A stretch of 43,931 nt of DNA, counting the filler, from Sphacelaria rigidula (Eukaryota): the NCBI GenBank assembly GCA_964200075.2. It is 2 parts of 2 records of this genome, joined end to end, with 100 filler letters (N's around TTAATTAATTAA, not from the genome) between each part and the next. Parts side by side here need not be neighbours in the genome. Positions count along the whole stretch, not along the records: positions 1 to 21,933 come from CAXNAA020000375.1; 1 more part is not named here. One strand, written 5' to 3'. The number at the start of each line of letters is the position of its first letter. The first letter of the stretch is position 1. A program made the translations under genes and the position numbers. The notes below the pieces were generated by a model. It ran no database searches. It was not told the origin of the DNA and was given only the letters and a program-made list of their open reading frames with translations. Shown one piece after another: positions 1 to 11,711 of the stretch.

Positions 1-320
1 GTTTGATGGCTTTCGAATGCCTGCAAGCGCCACGGCGTACACACTCGGCAGCTCTCTGAAGTGCTGCGTTGCAGTCCGATTGTTTAGGACTTCTCCAAAA
101 TGAAGATACGCAGTAAAAATCAAGCCGCTTCAGTGTCGGAGAAGTCTGGACGTAGAGTCCGAAGAGTCCCAAAAAGTATGACTTCTCCGAAAAGCTGCGT
201 CGATATGCAACACCCAAGAAATAGAAAAGCACCAAGGGCAGGTCGGGTGGGGTATGTAGTTCTGAGTGCTCGGGTATAAAACACTAGCTGTGCTATGCGT
301 GCTTTTTCGTACACGTACAT

Positions 321-356
321 AGTACAGTACAGTACAGCACAGCACAGCACAGCACA
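321..356. repeat. (ACAGT/ACAGC)n pentamer microsatellite
   Basis: agtacagtacagtacagcacagcacagcacagcac read directly. Confidence 0.85.
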
Positions 357-559
357 ACTGATTTTGAGGCAGCCACATTGTCTGATCGCAGCCTCGCAGA
401 TTGCATCGGACATATTACGGTATGGACAGGCACGGTGCAACTAGCGCACAGTATAGTACAGTACAATACATTAGTACGGTGCACTGCAGCCCCCGGGATA
501 TGGTAGCGTCTTCTTCTGTCTCAGTACGCTTCCATGCAGTAACGCTTCACTCATCACAT

Positions 560-960
560 CAGGTACCAAAATGAAGGGTGGAGAGAGTGAAGTCGGTACA
601 ACACACTTTCACCAGGTCCTCCACCGAGTCAATTTTTATTCGTGCTTGCAGGTTTAGAGCGATAGTCTGGTTTTCTAGCCGTATGCAGCGTATCTTCCAT
701 AAAGACCTCGAAGGTCCTCTCTCTCTTCTCCCTGCTATTGCTGGCCCGTGTTTCATGCCGCGGCGCTGTACAGATACAGTAAGCAGGAAGGGGATCCCGA
801 CATGGCCCCGAAGCGATAGCTCATTCTATCGCGGTTGGATTACTGGGTGGACATCGATGGGCACAAGGCGCTCGATATTGATATAACAGCATCAAACCGT
901 GCTGGTTGCCCCCCGTGCACAAGCAGCTTGGTCGAGATCGCTTCCAAACCATGGCGGGAA
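560..960 (+). pseudogene. Possible degenerate CACTA/EnSpm-type transposase fragment
   Basis: Frame from 781 reads KR*LILSRLDYWVDIDGHKALDIDITASN, loosely resembling the Tnp2 motif SIFxxLPYW...HxLDxMHxxxN. Contains stops; no TIRs seen. Confidence 0.25.
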
Positions 961-969
961 CCTCCATAA

Positions 970-1439
970 GGCTACTTCTTATGTATTAAAAAATGAAACT
1001 TGTTGAAAAGTGCATTTTTGGCCCTTCTCCATCGTTTTTCTCCCGAAAAGAGCGCTAGGCGGATGTTGGCACCTTGGAATGACTTGCTCTACTCGCTGAG
1101 ACGCTTCCAGAGCACCTTTGCGTTTCCCGTAGGTCACAGTTTTTTTTTTTGACAAACTTGCATTTTCAATGACAAACGGTCAAGTTATAAAAAAACAGGG
1201 GGAAAACTGACATTTTTTTGGTAAATTGACCGTTTGCTATTGAGAATGCAAGTTTGGCCAGAACCGAAACCGTGAGCTACGGAAAACGCAAAGGTGCTCT
1301 GGAATGACCTCAGCAAGTAGAACAAGTCATTCCAAGATGTCAACATCCGCCTAGCGCTCTTTTCGGGGGGGAAACGACGGAGACGGGCCAAAAATGCACT
1401 TTTCAACAAGTTTCATTTTTGTATACATAAGAAGTAGCC
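970..1439. mobile_element. Foldback MITE, PIF/Harbinger (Tourist)-like
   Basis: ~220-bp imperfect inverted arms beginning GGCTACTTCTTATGTAT and ending ATACATAAGAAGTAGCC, separated by a short spacer. TAA on both flanks (967-969, 1440-1442) fits a 3-bp TSD. Confidence 0.85.
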
Positions 1440-1837
1440 TAAGCATGCAAATATTTGGAAAAAAGAAGCAAATGAGGTGTGGCCTCGCTCATCCTCGTGA
1501 AAAAAACTACCCGCAATTTGTAGAAGGTTAATATACCAAAATGGGTACACCATGGTGCTTTTGGAACAAAAAAGGGTAACGCATTTTTCGCTCTTGGGCG
1601 CCGCGCTGCACGTGGGCTGAGAACCTCAAAAACACGTTCCAGCGCCTCGGCCCCACGCCCAAGGTGTCTGGGCAGTACGCCCGACCATTCTTCTTCATTT
1701 TGATACGTGGTAGTAGGCTCAACTACGACGCGGAAAATGGGAGTCTGTGAGAGTACCCTTTTTTGTAAACAAACTAGGAGGGTACACCCTGCGCTCTGCT
1801 GAAAATTCTTCTCTTACCCGTTTTGTTAACGTATTGA

Positions 1838-2022
1838 CCCGTTAACCCGAGACCCTTTTCCCCACAATGGTATGTTTGCGGCAGGTATCCGTTTGTGTAT
1901 TTTTTAGGTTAAAATGATGCCGATTCACAAAAAGGCCCCTGCAGTATCATTTTGATTCAAAAACAATGTAAATTGACACCTGCCGCATATATACCATCTT
2001 GGGAGGAACGGTCCCAACAGGG
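1838..2022. mobile_element. piggyBac-like MITE
   Basis: ~80-bp imperfect TIRs (left cccacaatggtatgtttgcggcaggtatc; right, reverse complement, cccaagatggtatatatgcggcaggtgtc). CCC...GGG ends; TTAA at 2023-2026 and TTGA/TTAA at the left end. Confidence 0.6.
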
Positions 2023-2049
2023 TTAATAATAATGATCAAACGCACATCC

Positions 2050-2474
2050 TTTTTTGCCCTTTCCTGTGAAGTGGTGACCGTACCGCTGGCCCCGCAGAAG
2101 ATTCGCCGAACAGTCACAACCATGCCCATTTCTTGGTGAAGTTACACCCCACCAAAAATGTCGAACCTCAACCACCAACAAGTCATCGCCCCCTGCCGGT
2201 TGGCCTGCAGCCCGGAAGATTCGACGATGCAGACAGGGCGCGAACGCATGTATGCCGGAGCTAAGACATGACACACAGTGCTGAACCTGCACACACTTGA
2301 CTGCAGGGTGAGAACCGCGGTCGGGGCTTCTTCGGGAATGTCTTCCATGTATATGCCCAATATATCCACACGTTCTTGAAACAATGCGTTGTGAAGTGAA
2401 GAAACGGCTGTTCTGAAACCCAGATGTGGCATCGTCCATCTGACCTCATCTGAGGGGCGTTTGCGTTGTAAGGG
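2050..2474 (+). mobile_element. piggyBac 3' remnant (Cys/His-rich C-terminal region plus right end)
   Basis: Frameshifted HFLVKLH..PCRLACS..AKT..QC..CTHL..FHVY pattern, ending in GGG|TTAA at 2472-2478. Confidence 0.4.
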
Positions 2475-3307
2475 TTAAACTTCTACCACTGTACATGCAC
2501 TAGACTTGATCCTGTAACACTGCATTCAGCATGCGTGCAGCGTGAAGTGGGTTGCAAAACACATGTGCGACGATATAGTCGAGTTTGCACGATGCGACAC
2601 AGCGTGCATTCACGACCCCCCACCCGATTTCATTCTGTACCCACGTCTTCGAACGCATGCACAATGTTGCACGAAGCGGATGGCGAATCCCAGCGGCCAC
2701 CCGTGCATCTCCTTTTCTGTGGGGGTGGGCCAAGGTGAACAATTTTTCTTTTTGGTGAAGAGTATTGCAATCGTTGCGCTGCGGTGTGGTGTGTTGAGCT
2801 CTTCTCCTCTGTACATGTTGCTTCGTGGGTTGTGTCTCCCTCGATTCTGGACGCCAGTCCAGAGGTTTCGGTATGGTACTGACTGGTACAATGTCGTTGG
2901 GTGCGGCGATCGGAGGAGGGCATCCGATTGTACAGTCTACGTGATCGGATTCGGATGTTCTTCATTCACTCCGGAATCCGGTCGGTGATCTTTGTGCCCA
3001 ATCGGCAAATTGCAGATCCCGCAACGGTCTAGTGTTCAACGTGGTGTCGTCACATGATGCCGTTCGGGCGTGTGTGTGCCGGCAAGACCTTTTACAGCAC
3101 AGAACAAGCAACAAGAACAATGAACCAGACGCACCTATTGCACGTATCCCGTCTTGTTGACGTGAAGGTCGGTGGCCGGATAGCGTTAGGAGGACGTCAA
3201 CACCCGCAAGCTGCTATGACTACTATTCAAACCGACCAACACTGACCCTGTCTGATTGATTGGCGTGATTGATTTGACTGCCTTGTTGATTATCCCATGT
3301 ACCTCCA

Positions 3308-3540
3308 CCGGTCGCCCCGCTGGCTCAGTCGGTAACCTCGAAACCTTCTGACGGTTGGGTCTTGGGTTCAATCCTCGGAGCGATCTGGGATTTTTGCTCT
3401 CACCATGCCCAACAGTGGAGAACGACTATGTCGTGGGTACATAAAATTTGACTTCACGGTCGACGAGGGGAAGGGATTGCTGAACCCCTCTCGCGATATA
3501 CCGAAAGGTGTAGACCGGCGCCCAGAATAGATGGGACGGC

Positions 3541-3586
<46 letters not shown>
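3308..3586 (+). mobile_element. tRNA-derived SINE family A, internally deleted copy with (CA)n tail
   Basis: A-box-like TGGCTCAGTCGG and degenerate B box GGTTCAATCC. Homologous to 10635-10984 and 17330-17686; ends in (CA)n. Confidence 0.8.
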
Positions 3587-3587
<1 letters not shown>

Positions 3588-3593
3588 CTTGGC

Positions 3594-3624
3594 TCGCTAG
3601 TCGCTAGTCGCTAGTCGCTAGTCG
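3594..3624. repeat. (TCGCTAG)n heptamer repeat
   Basis: About 4.5 tandem copies read directly. Confidence 0.8.
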
Positions 3625-6162
3625 TGTGGATGTCATGGCAAGCGTTTATTTCCCCCCTTCTGGACTAGATTCACTTGACTGAATTCCCGCAGAGAATATA
3701 CCATAATCCCCGGGCAATAATGAAAATAACGGCAGCCATAGCCCTCAAGTTACCGATGCGCACTTCTCCTCGTTGCGTCAGGTCTTCTTATCTCTCAAGC
3801 CTCGCGTGGGGAGTTCAAGATGTGCACGTTTCCAGAGGCGTGGAAATCCCGGACATTTTTTGGGATTACGAGTTCATACTCAATACAGCATCTGTTTTGG
3901 CTATAGTTTCTTGACAGCAACGAGTTAGGAGCCGAAACGGGTGCACTATCATTTTTCTCGATTTGAAGTCAGCTACACGCCCACCTACTTTCAGCGCAAT
4001 AAAGCAATAATCCAGGTACAGTAAATTGATTCTTGCACCACACCGCCAGCAGTGGATATCCTCCATCACGCCGTCTTTGATGTCCCGGGATAGTGTGAAT
4101 ATGACCGATCGGAGCACGCGGCGCGCCCCTCGTTGGATACACGATTGCAGGGAACGTAGTCATTGTGTTTGTTTTTGCTGCTATTTATCTTATTTGCGCT
4201 GCAGTCATTTTCTTGGTTAGAGTAGTGGTACCGGTCTGTACTTATGGCAAATGAATGGAAACAATTTTATCATAGAGGGAAGTTCGAGAAAAAGAGAAAC
4301 GAAAAACGACAGGAAGAAACACAACGATAGCACTGAAAAAGTAGAAAAGTGGAGCGGAAGACGTGACAATACGCCGGGTGAAAAGCTACTGCAGTGCTGT
4401 CAGAGAAAACCCTCGATTATCCCCTGCCAGAGCTTCGAGTGAGGGGATCGTGCGAAAAACAGTACAGGGGACGCAGGTCGCGACTTAGCTATCTGGGGAT
4501 TGCACTATTCGGGCAGGAACACTCACCCACTAGCTCCGTGAGCAAGGCATGGAAACTAATATGACTCATGATTACGAAAGAGTAGCACTCAAGAGAGGAA
4601 GAACGCAGAACCCAAGAAAACGAAGAAGCAGGAGGAACCCAGATACCAAGCAGAACATGAGTAGGAGAAAGAGCTGGCGAACATCGCCAGAGGTTTCAGC
4701 CAAAGCGAAAACCCTCCAAGATCGATAGGAAGCAGAACGGGTGGCAGTTTTCCGTGTCACCCTCTCTGCCCACTCCAAACCTAACCAGGTATAAACCAGG
4801 CCCCTGTCTGGATCATTTCTATTTTGTATTCTTGACGGGCTGTTGGTGATGTTGTTGTGCCAGTGATGGCTGCTCTCCTCATGCCGATTCTCAACGCAGC
4901 AGGCTGTTGTGTGTGAAGTACATGAGGTTGGCAGACTCCATGCCTCCCTTTGTGTTCCTGTTTTTGTCTACCCACAAGTGGAAATACACACACACTGTAC
5001 ATGTACTGATTTTGACCCGGAGTAGAATGTGCCTTGCTTTGGAAGTAAAGCTCCTAGTACCTAGGTAGTAGAGCTGCAGTCGTTGGGAGATACTTCCTTT
5101 TACCGTCGCCGAAGACATAATCGCTGTTGGATGTTCACGGTGACTCAAAGTGAAAGCTTGCCAAGTCTAGCTCTAGAGTTGATCGTGGGATGACAAGCGC
5201 TACCGACGTATTGAAAAAAAACTCGGACAATTCGTGGTGCCTTTGAACCGTAGGACGGCGTATTTCACCACAACACATTCCTCGAGCTGGAGCTGAGCAG
5301 CCCCTATTTTTCCAGCGGCCGGAAGGAGGAATTATTCGAGGTGCTCGTCATGGAGCATAAGGAGGATGGCCACGTTAGGTCAGTTGATTGGTCGAAGCAC
5401 CTTGAACCCAGGCAATTAGCTATTCTAACCTCAGACGAGAAGAAGAGGTGCGAGAGATACCCTGGTCAATTTTTTGGGGCTACTAGCACAGTGGAATGAA
5501 TGTATGTAGTGGACAAGTGCCCGTGACCGAGGAACAACAGGTCATTGATACTCGTACTGTGCGAGTGGTGAGCACTGAAACGAGAATCCGCACGTCGACA
5601 GGGGCAATGAACAAAAGGGCAGCAATAAATTCCCGCTACCTCTCCCCTTCCCCTATCCCCGACTTCAGCTTGACAATGAAAATGGATCCATTTTCGTACA
5701 CATGTTGATCACATACTGTAGTTGAATATTTAACGCCCCTGAGCTGTACCCAAGTGACTACCACGCCCAGTGCATGCGCGTTTAAGCCGCCAGTGGAGCT
5801 CGTGATATTGCTGGATACGGCATGAAACGACTTTTGAAGATGCTCTTGACCCTCACGGGCCGAGGTTGGCGTACTATACTTTCTTCCGCGGTTGTGCGCC
5901 TCGCGGTATCTCTCGTCTTGCTCCAGCGACTGAGTTAGAGCCAGGCAGATGCTTTCACCCAAAAAAATCAAGAAATGCATATCATATCACGCACTGAAAT
6001 CAAGCAAATTTCTACTCTACACTAATCACTTGACATCATACAAAACTGAAATAGTTGGCCTTCCCCTCCCCAAGACCAAATTCAGACGCCTTGAGAAGCA
6101 ATTTGCTATGGTTCTTCTTTATCTTCGTTGTTTGTTGTTTGTTGTTTGTTGTGTTTGAAAAT

Positions 6163-6565
6163 TGTGCAGATGATGTATTGGACATAGATCTCATACGTAG
6201 ATTCTCGGGCATGTAGTCAACGAGCCTGGTGGGAACCAGTACGGTTCAGTACAAAGTACCAACAGGAACCGTCCGGGAAGCAATACTGTAGCCAGTGTTC
6301 AGTCGAGCCAGAACGGCTCCGCAGCTCCATATTGTAAGCTCTATAGTTGGGGTTGAGGGGTGAGATTTCAGAGAGAGAAGGTTCAGATAGAGCTGTACAC
6401 CAGCGGGTGACGTCTGAATGAATAATGAAAAGCACGGCGATGCAGCGTCCCACTCGGGTAGGTCGTCTGCTCAACCCATCAAGATCTCTCGTGACAGTTG
6501 CCTTGCTCCGCTATAAAACGGTGCACTGCGAGGAAGCGCGCCACGGCCACACCAAACACCTCACA
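6163..6565 (+). repeat. 5' LTR
   Basis: TGTG...CACA ends; colinear with the 3' LTR at constant offset 3731; TATA-like TATAAAA near 6512. Confidence 0.9.
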
Positions 6566-6594
6566 AGTGCACAGTTTCGTGAGCCTCGACGAGT

Positions 6595-9280
6595 ATGGAG
6601 GCAGACCCACGCAAGTTGCCAGTCTGGACGGGCGCTCGCGGGCACTCGCGAGAAACATGGGACGCATGGGGACTTTCCATCGTTGCATACGTAGGGGGGA
6701 AGGGACTATACCCCCTGCTGCGACCGGATTACACCACACCGGCCATTCCGACAGCGACCACGACACTTGACCAGCGTAGGGCGTACGAAGCGCACGAATG
6801 CAATACACAGCCCTTACGGTTCCTCCTGGCATAGACTACGGAAGGGTCAGCCGCAGTCATCGTCGCACGATGCGAGCACGGTGGCAACCCTGACGGCAGG
6901 GAAGTCTGGCTGGAGATGGAACGGATGTACGGATGATGTGCACAGGACGAGCGGCCTGTGCAACTACCTGCATTGGAACGAAGACTGCGGAATCTCCGAT
7001 GCAATTTTGCAGAAGAATCAGCAGATTCCATGGTAGAGCTGGACAACATCTAGGGGGAGTTCGAAGCGCTTGGAAACGCCAAAGCCGATGCGACCAAGAA
7101 GGCAGCTCTTTTACTCGGGATCAAGGAGGCGCTTCCACGAGTATCCATCCAGCTAACAACCCAGCCAGGTATGACGTACGATGAGCTAAAACGGGCAGTC
7201 GTAGCATTATCAGCACATCTTACGTCTGACATGGAACGCCGCGATGAGGAAGTAGCGTTCTAATCGAGAACCGACGGCAACAAAACTGACTCGGGGCTCG
7301 ACAACAATCAATGCGCCTACTGTTTGAAGCGAAATCATAGGTGGAGGGAGTGTCGCTTCTACCTTGACGGCAAACCTCCGGCTGAACGACCGCCGGGGAT
7401 AAGCCCCGCACGAACGTTCCCATCCCCTCCACAAAACGGCAGAAGTAATGAGAGGAGGGACAGATCGCAGGCATTCATGACGATGAACGTGGTAGTCGAA
7501 GATGAGCAAGTAGTATCCATGTGCACGAAGACCAACACTGACACAGAGGTGTCGATTCTCTGCGACTCGGGAGCGAATGTCCACATGACTCCCTGGAAAC
7601 AGGATCTCAGGAAAACACGTACGGTCAATCAAAGCTGTACATTTGGGAACAAGGAACAGCTGCAGGCACTGGCAATGGGAGAGATCCCATTGCATGTGGG
7701 CGCTCGGGGAAAGGAGGCTCCGGCAAAGGTCAGACTGAACGATGTACTTTGGGTCCCTGGACTATCTTGCCGGCTGCTGAGTACCGCAACGATTCGGCGT
7801 GACGGAGGAGAATTCGTGGATTTCGGCAGGAAGGAGAGCTACCTTCGGTTCAGAAAGGATGAACCGAAGATCCCCCTAGCCGACGATAGAGGGTTCCTGC
7901 CCCTGTCGGCATCGCTGTAGGGGGATGGCAAACATACGGCGTCGGCGCACGCTTCGTTCGCAAACAAGAAGCAGCGCTTCACATTGAAGGAGTGGGACGA
8001 CACCTCAGGACACATCGATCCGGCTGCCACAAAACACCTCGAGAAGCGTGGGCTGATCGATGTTACTGATACCACGGTGGCGTCCGAGATGCGCCGCAGC
8101 GTCTGCAAGGAATGCAAGTCCAAGGCGCTCGGCTACGGCCGCGGCGGCACGAGTTCCAAAGCACCAGGTGAAGTTGTGCACACTGATCTTGAAGGCCCTT
8201 TCCACGCCGATGTCATGGGCATGAAATACTTTCAGGTTTTCGTGGACGAGGCCAGTCGAGACAAGCACGTTGTTGGACTCAAGACACGAGATGCGGCCAC
8301 TGGCGCCACAGGAGCCTACATCGACGGAATGGCCCGTGAGGGAGTGGCCATCAAGTGTATCAGCGGAGACGGTGCTGGGGAACTTGGACGGTCGGTCACA
8401 TTTCAACGCATGCTGACCAATCGCGGCATCAAGTGGCGCTCCTCACCGCCAAGGACACCGCAAAGTAATGGAATGGCTGAACGTGCAATTCAACAACTGA
8501 TGAGGATAGCACGCAGCCAACTGGTGAAAGCGGGACGCGGAGAGGACTACTGGTTCTTCGCTGTGGCGGACGCGGCATTCAAGACCGAAGGGATACCCCA
8601 CGAGTACCTCGGGGGCGAGACCCCATGTGAGAGGCTGACAGGAAAGTCTTTCAACTACGACCGGCTTCGTACTTGGGGACTCGAGTGTTTCGTGTATCAG
8701 CACAAGCAGCAGCGCGGCGCTGCTGCAAAGTTCCGCCCATTTGCGAAGCGGGGCATCTTGGTGGGGCACGATCGGCATTCTCTCTGCTGATAGCTATGGC
8801 TGATACAAGAGCCAAAGTTCATTAAGTCTTCACACATCACGTTTGAATCAGAGGCCAAGATCCTAGACATTGTGGGGGAGCTGAAGGCGGTCGAACAGAG
8901 TGATGGCGAGGACGAACCATCGGAAGAAGGGAAAGCAGCGAATATTGACGGCGATGATGGCCCGGGTGGACAGCCACCTCAGGACCCGCCAACGTCAAAG
9001 CGCTATTATCCGGATAGTGGACTGCGCAGGTCCAGTCAACTAGCGCAGCGGCATCGAGGGGACAACGCACCGCAACGCTTCAAAAGTTCTGACGGGAGCG
9101 ATTCTGATTATGGAAATTTCCTCGCCACCCTTCTACAAGAAGCGGACAAAGGCGCATTCTGCATGCTCGGGGGGCGGAATCGTCTCTGGACCACAGGGAC
9201 CGTCGACAGCGAAAGAAGCCCTGGCAGAACCTGATGCTGACAGATAGAAAGTGGTCATGGAAGAGGAAATCCAACTGAAG
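6595..9280 (+). pseudogene. Copia gag-pol pseudogene (gag, protease, integrase, start of RT region)
   Basis: Zinc knuckle CAYCLKRNHRWREC; protease ILCDSGANVHM; integrase VHTDLEGP..FVDE..GDGAGE..PQSNGMAER; pre-RT motif PSTAKEAL..DR*KVVMEEEI, then homology breaks. At least 6 in-frame stops in one frame. Confidence 0.9.
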
Positions 9281-9893
9281 GGTAACGAGCCTCAGAGCCG
9301 AGAGGCCGGTGAGCCCGCTGGGAACACGGGTGCCATCGGCGGCGCCTGTAACTTATGCGACTCCAAGCGCGGACGAGCGCTCCGAAGGTCCAAAGACCAA
9401 GGCATCCCAGACAAGAAAAGAGCAGCAGGTCGGACTGGAGGACCAAGCCTCCTCAAACGGAGATGATCGGGAACAAGGCCGAAATCGCCGAACCACCGGA
9501 GACGCTGGGCGATAACGAAGGATCGAAGCTCGAGAATATGGTCGTGCCGAACGCGGACGATTCTACCCTTGACCAAGAAGCAAAGGAACAGCCCGCGGCA
9601 AAGGAAACGACAAAGGCAATGGAGGAACCACCCAAGGGTGCGGGATGCATGCTGAGCAAGGACAACCTCGCACACAGCCAACAAACGTTCAAGTTGCCGT
9701 TCCCCACGAAGGATGTCAAAAGGGAAAACGCGCCGGAAGTCGGGACGAGTCCGGAGGGTCCAGGTCCACCACGTGGCTTCTATGGGATTCAATGAAAATA
9801 TTCGTTTTCCTCGTATCTAGCACGTTGGGTGTGATTACGTTGGGTGTGATTGTATCAGCTCTCTGGGGTTACCGCTGTACGTTCATGGGGGAG

Positions 9894-10296
9894 TTAGCAG
9901 ATGATGTATTGGACATAGATCTCATACGTAGATTCTCGGGCATATAGTCAACGAGCCTGGTGGGAACCAGTACGGTTCAGTACAAAGTACCAACAGGAAC
10001 CGTCCGGGAAGCAGTACTGTAGCCAGTGTTCAGTCGAGCCAGAACGGCTCCGCAGCTCCATATTGTAAGCTCTATAGTTGGGGTTGAGGGGTGAGATTTC
10101 AGAGAGAGAAGGTTCAGATAGAGCTGTACACCAGCGGGTGACGTCTGAATGAATAATGAAAAGCACGGCGATGCAGCGTCCCACTCGGGTAGGTCGTCTG
10201 CTCAACCCATCAAGATCTCTCGTGACAGTTGCCTTGCTCCGCTATAAAACGGTGCACTGCGAGGAAGCGCGCCACGGCCACACCAAACACCTCACA
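9894..10296 (+). repeat. 3' LTR
   Basis: By eye differs from the 5' LTR at 2 internal positions plus 2 of the first 3 bases. Confidence 0.9.
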
Positions 10297-10318
10297 ATAC
10301 ATAAATATGACCACCGCG

Positions 10319-10634
10319 CCCCAGTGGTGTAAATTAAAATGGTACAGTTGTACAACTGACGCCATTAGAGCGGGAAGATCGCGGGTACGATTATCGCCAG
10401 ATGCGTGTCGTTTGGCGTCTTTCTCCTGAAAAAGTCTGGTGATCTAATTTCCGACGTTCAGAACGCGAGGATGTGAGTCGTAAAGTCTAAAAATAACATG
10501 TTTCGGCAAAGTTCATCAGACGATAGTCGACACGGTGCGGGATTGCTGACCCAATCCGCGATACCCAAGTGTGAGGCGTGTACTGGGGCACAGGTGGATT
10601 CATCCTTCGAGACCACGGACTCGTCCCGAGGAAG
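10319..10634 (+). mobile_element. tRNA-headed SINE family B, 5' part
   Basis: tRNA-like head (cagtggtgtaa...cgggtacgatt); core GGTGCGGGATTGCTGACCCAATCCGCGA matches the reverse complement of 22033-22095. Confidence 0.65.
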
Positions 10635-10984
10635 GTGTGTGTGGTAGTATCCCGTCTGTTCTGGACACCAGTCTGCACTTTCCAGTGTATGTGGATGCAC
10701 CAGCCGGGGTCACACAGGAGGAAGGTCAACGCGGGAGTTTTACTTCGTCTTAGCACTCCACCTTCCTTCTGCCGCGCTTCCCTTAATGTTTATCGCAAGC
10801 GGCCCCTATCCCTCATCGACCGTGAAGTCGAAATTTCAACTTTTTGGACTCACGACACACTCGCTCTCCACTGTTGGGCATGGTGTGAGAAAGTATCCCA
10901 GATCGTGTGAATTCACCGAGATTCGAACCCACGTCCCAACCGTCAGAATGTTCCGAGTACCAACTGAGCCACCGAGGCGACCGG
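10635..10984 (-). mobile_element. tRNA-derived SINE family A
   Basis: Reverse complement begins CCGGTCGCCTCGGTGGCTCAGTTGG...GGTTCGAATCTC (A and B boxes) and ends in (AC)n. Confidence 0.85.
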
Positions 10985-11711
10985 CGAGGAGGGGGGGGGG
11001 TTAAAAGTGAGACAAACAAAACAACTGCATGCCGAGATAGGTATTCCGGATTATTGTCAACGGTGTCGTCCGGTGTTTCATTTTCCAGCTTGTCTGAAGT
11101 CTGATCCTGACAGAACTTCCAACATATGCTGCGACTTGTTTCATGTTTTTCTTTCTGCCTTGACAGAGTGTTGCATAGCAGTGTCATAATAGTGCTACAG
11201 CAATCGGTGGTCGTCGCGCTCACCATGCCAGGGGCATAACATTGACTTTATCGTTCAGGCATCTAGTCTACGAGCCCCCGTTCTGCTCAAGGTCCATTGC
11301 AACGCGTATACAGACAACTCATGCTGCTAGGTGATGACTGTCCTATTTTAAAAGGTACATCAGCAACGTGAGGATTGAAACCGCGAGATAAAACCATCTC
11401 AGCGATGGAGCCCTAATTCAGTCGGGTTTCCACTTGTGACAACTGTACTGCGCTGCATACTGCACGGGATGATGCGAGTGATGCTACGATACGGGGAGGG
11501 GAGGGGTTGAGTTTCTTCCACGAAATTCCATCTCAAGTCGTCGTTGAACGCAGTAGCGTTTGTTCGAACGCGCTTGATACAATTGAGACACACTCGTTCG
11601 TACAGTTTGATACCGTTTTCACCTAAATACAAACGCACCGCGAGTAGTTGGGTCGTTTGACACGCGTGTAAACCCCTGTTTGTTGTGGAATCACCTCCCC
11701 CCCCCTGCCCC

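Larger units (their letters stand above)
2500..4130 (-). pseudogene. Degenerate piggyBac transposase interrupted by a SINE
   Basis: Minus-strand motifs in the expected order: NLLYLDYCFIAL (like LYxDNxFTS), TQRGE, YMG..NKA.QINH (like YMGGVDxxDQ), then a Cys/His-rich tail (QHCAC...HMCFATH). Many stops and frameshifts. Confidence 0.5.
6163..10296 (+). mobile_element. Ty1/copia LTR retrotransposon, non-autonomous (RT/RNase H deleted)
   Basis: 403-bp direct repeats at 6163-6565 and 9894-10296; PPT-like GGGGGAG before the 3' LTR; domain order gag-PR-IN. Confidence 0.93.

Noticed and set aside
3308..3380. tRNA genes at SINE heads (also 10910-10984, 17330-17400, 22190-22254)
   Set aside because: A/B boxes are present, but I could not fold a cloverleaf and each continues into a dispersed-repeat body
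4250..6100. Possible retroelement or exon remnants
   Set aside because: No motif or consistent splice chain could be supported
6217..6474. Identical 85-aa ORF present twice (also 9948-10205)
   Set aside because: Lies inside the duplicated LTRs; no protein features
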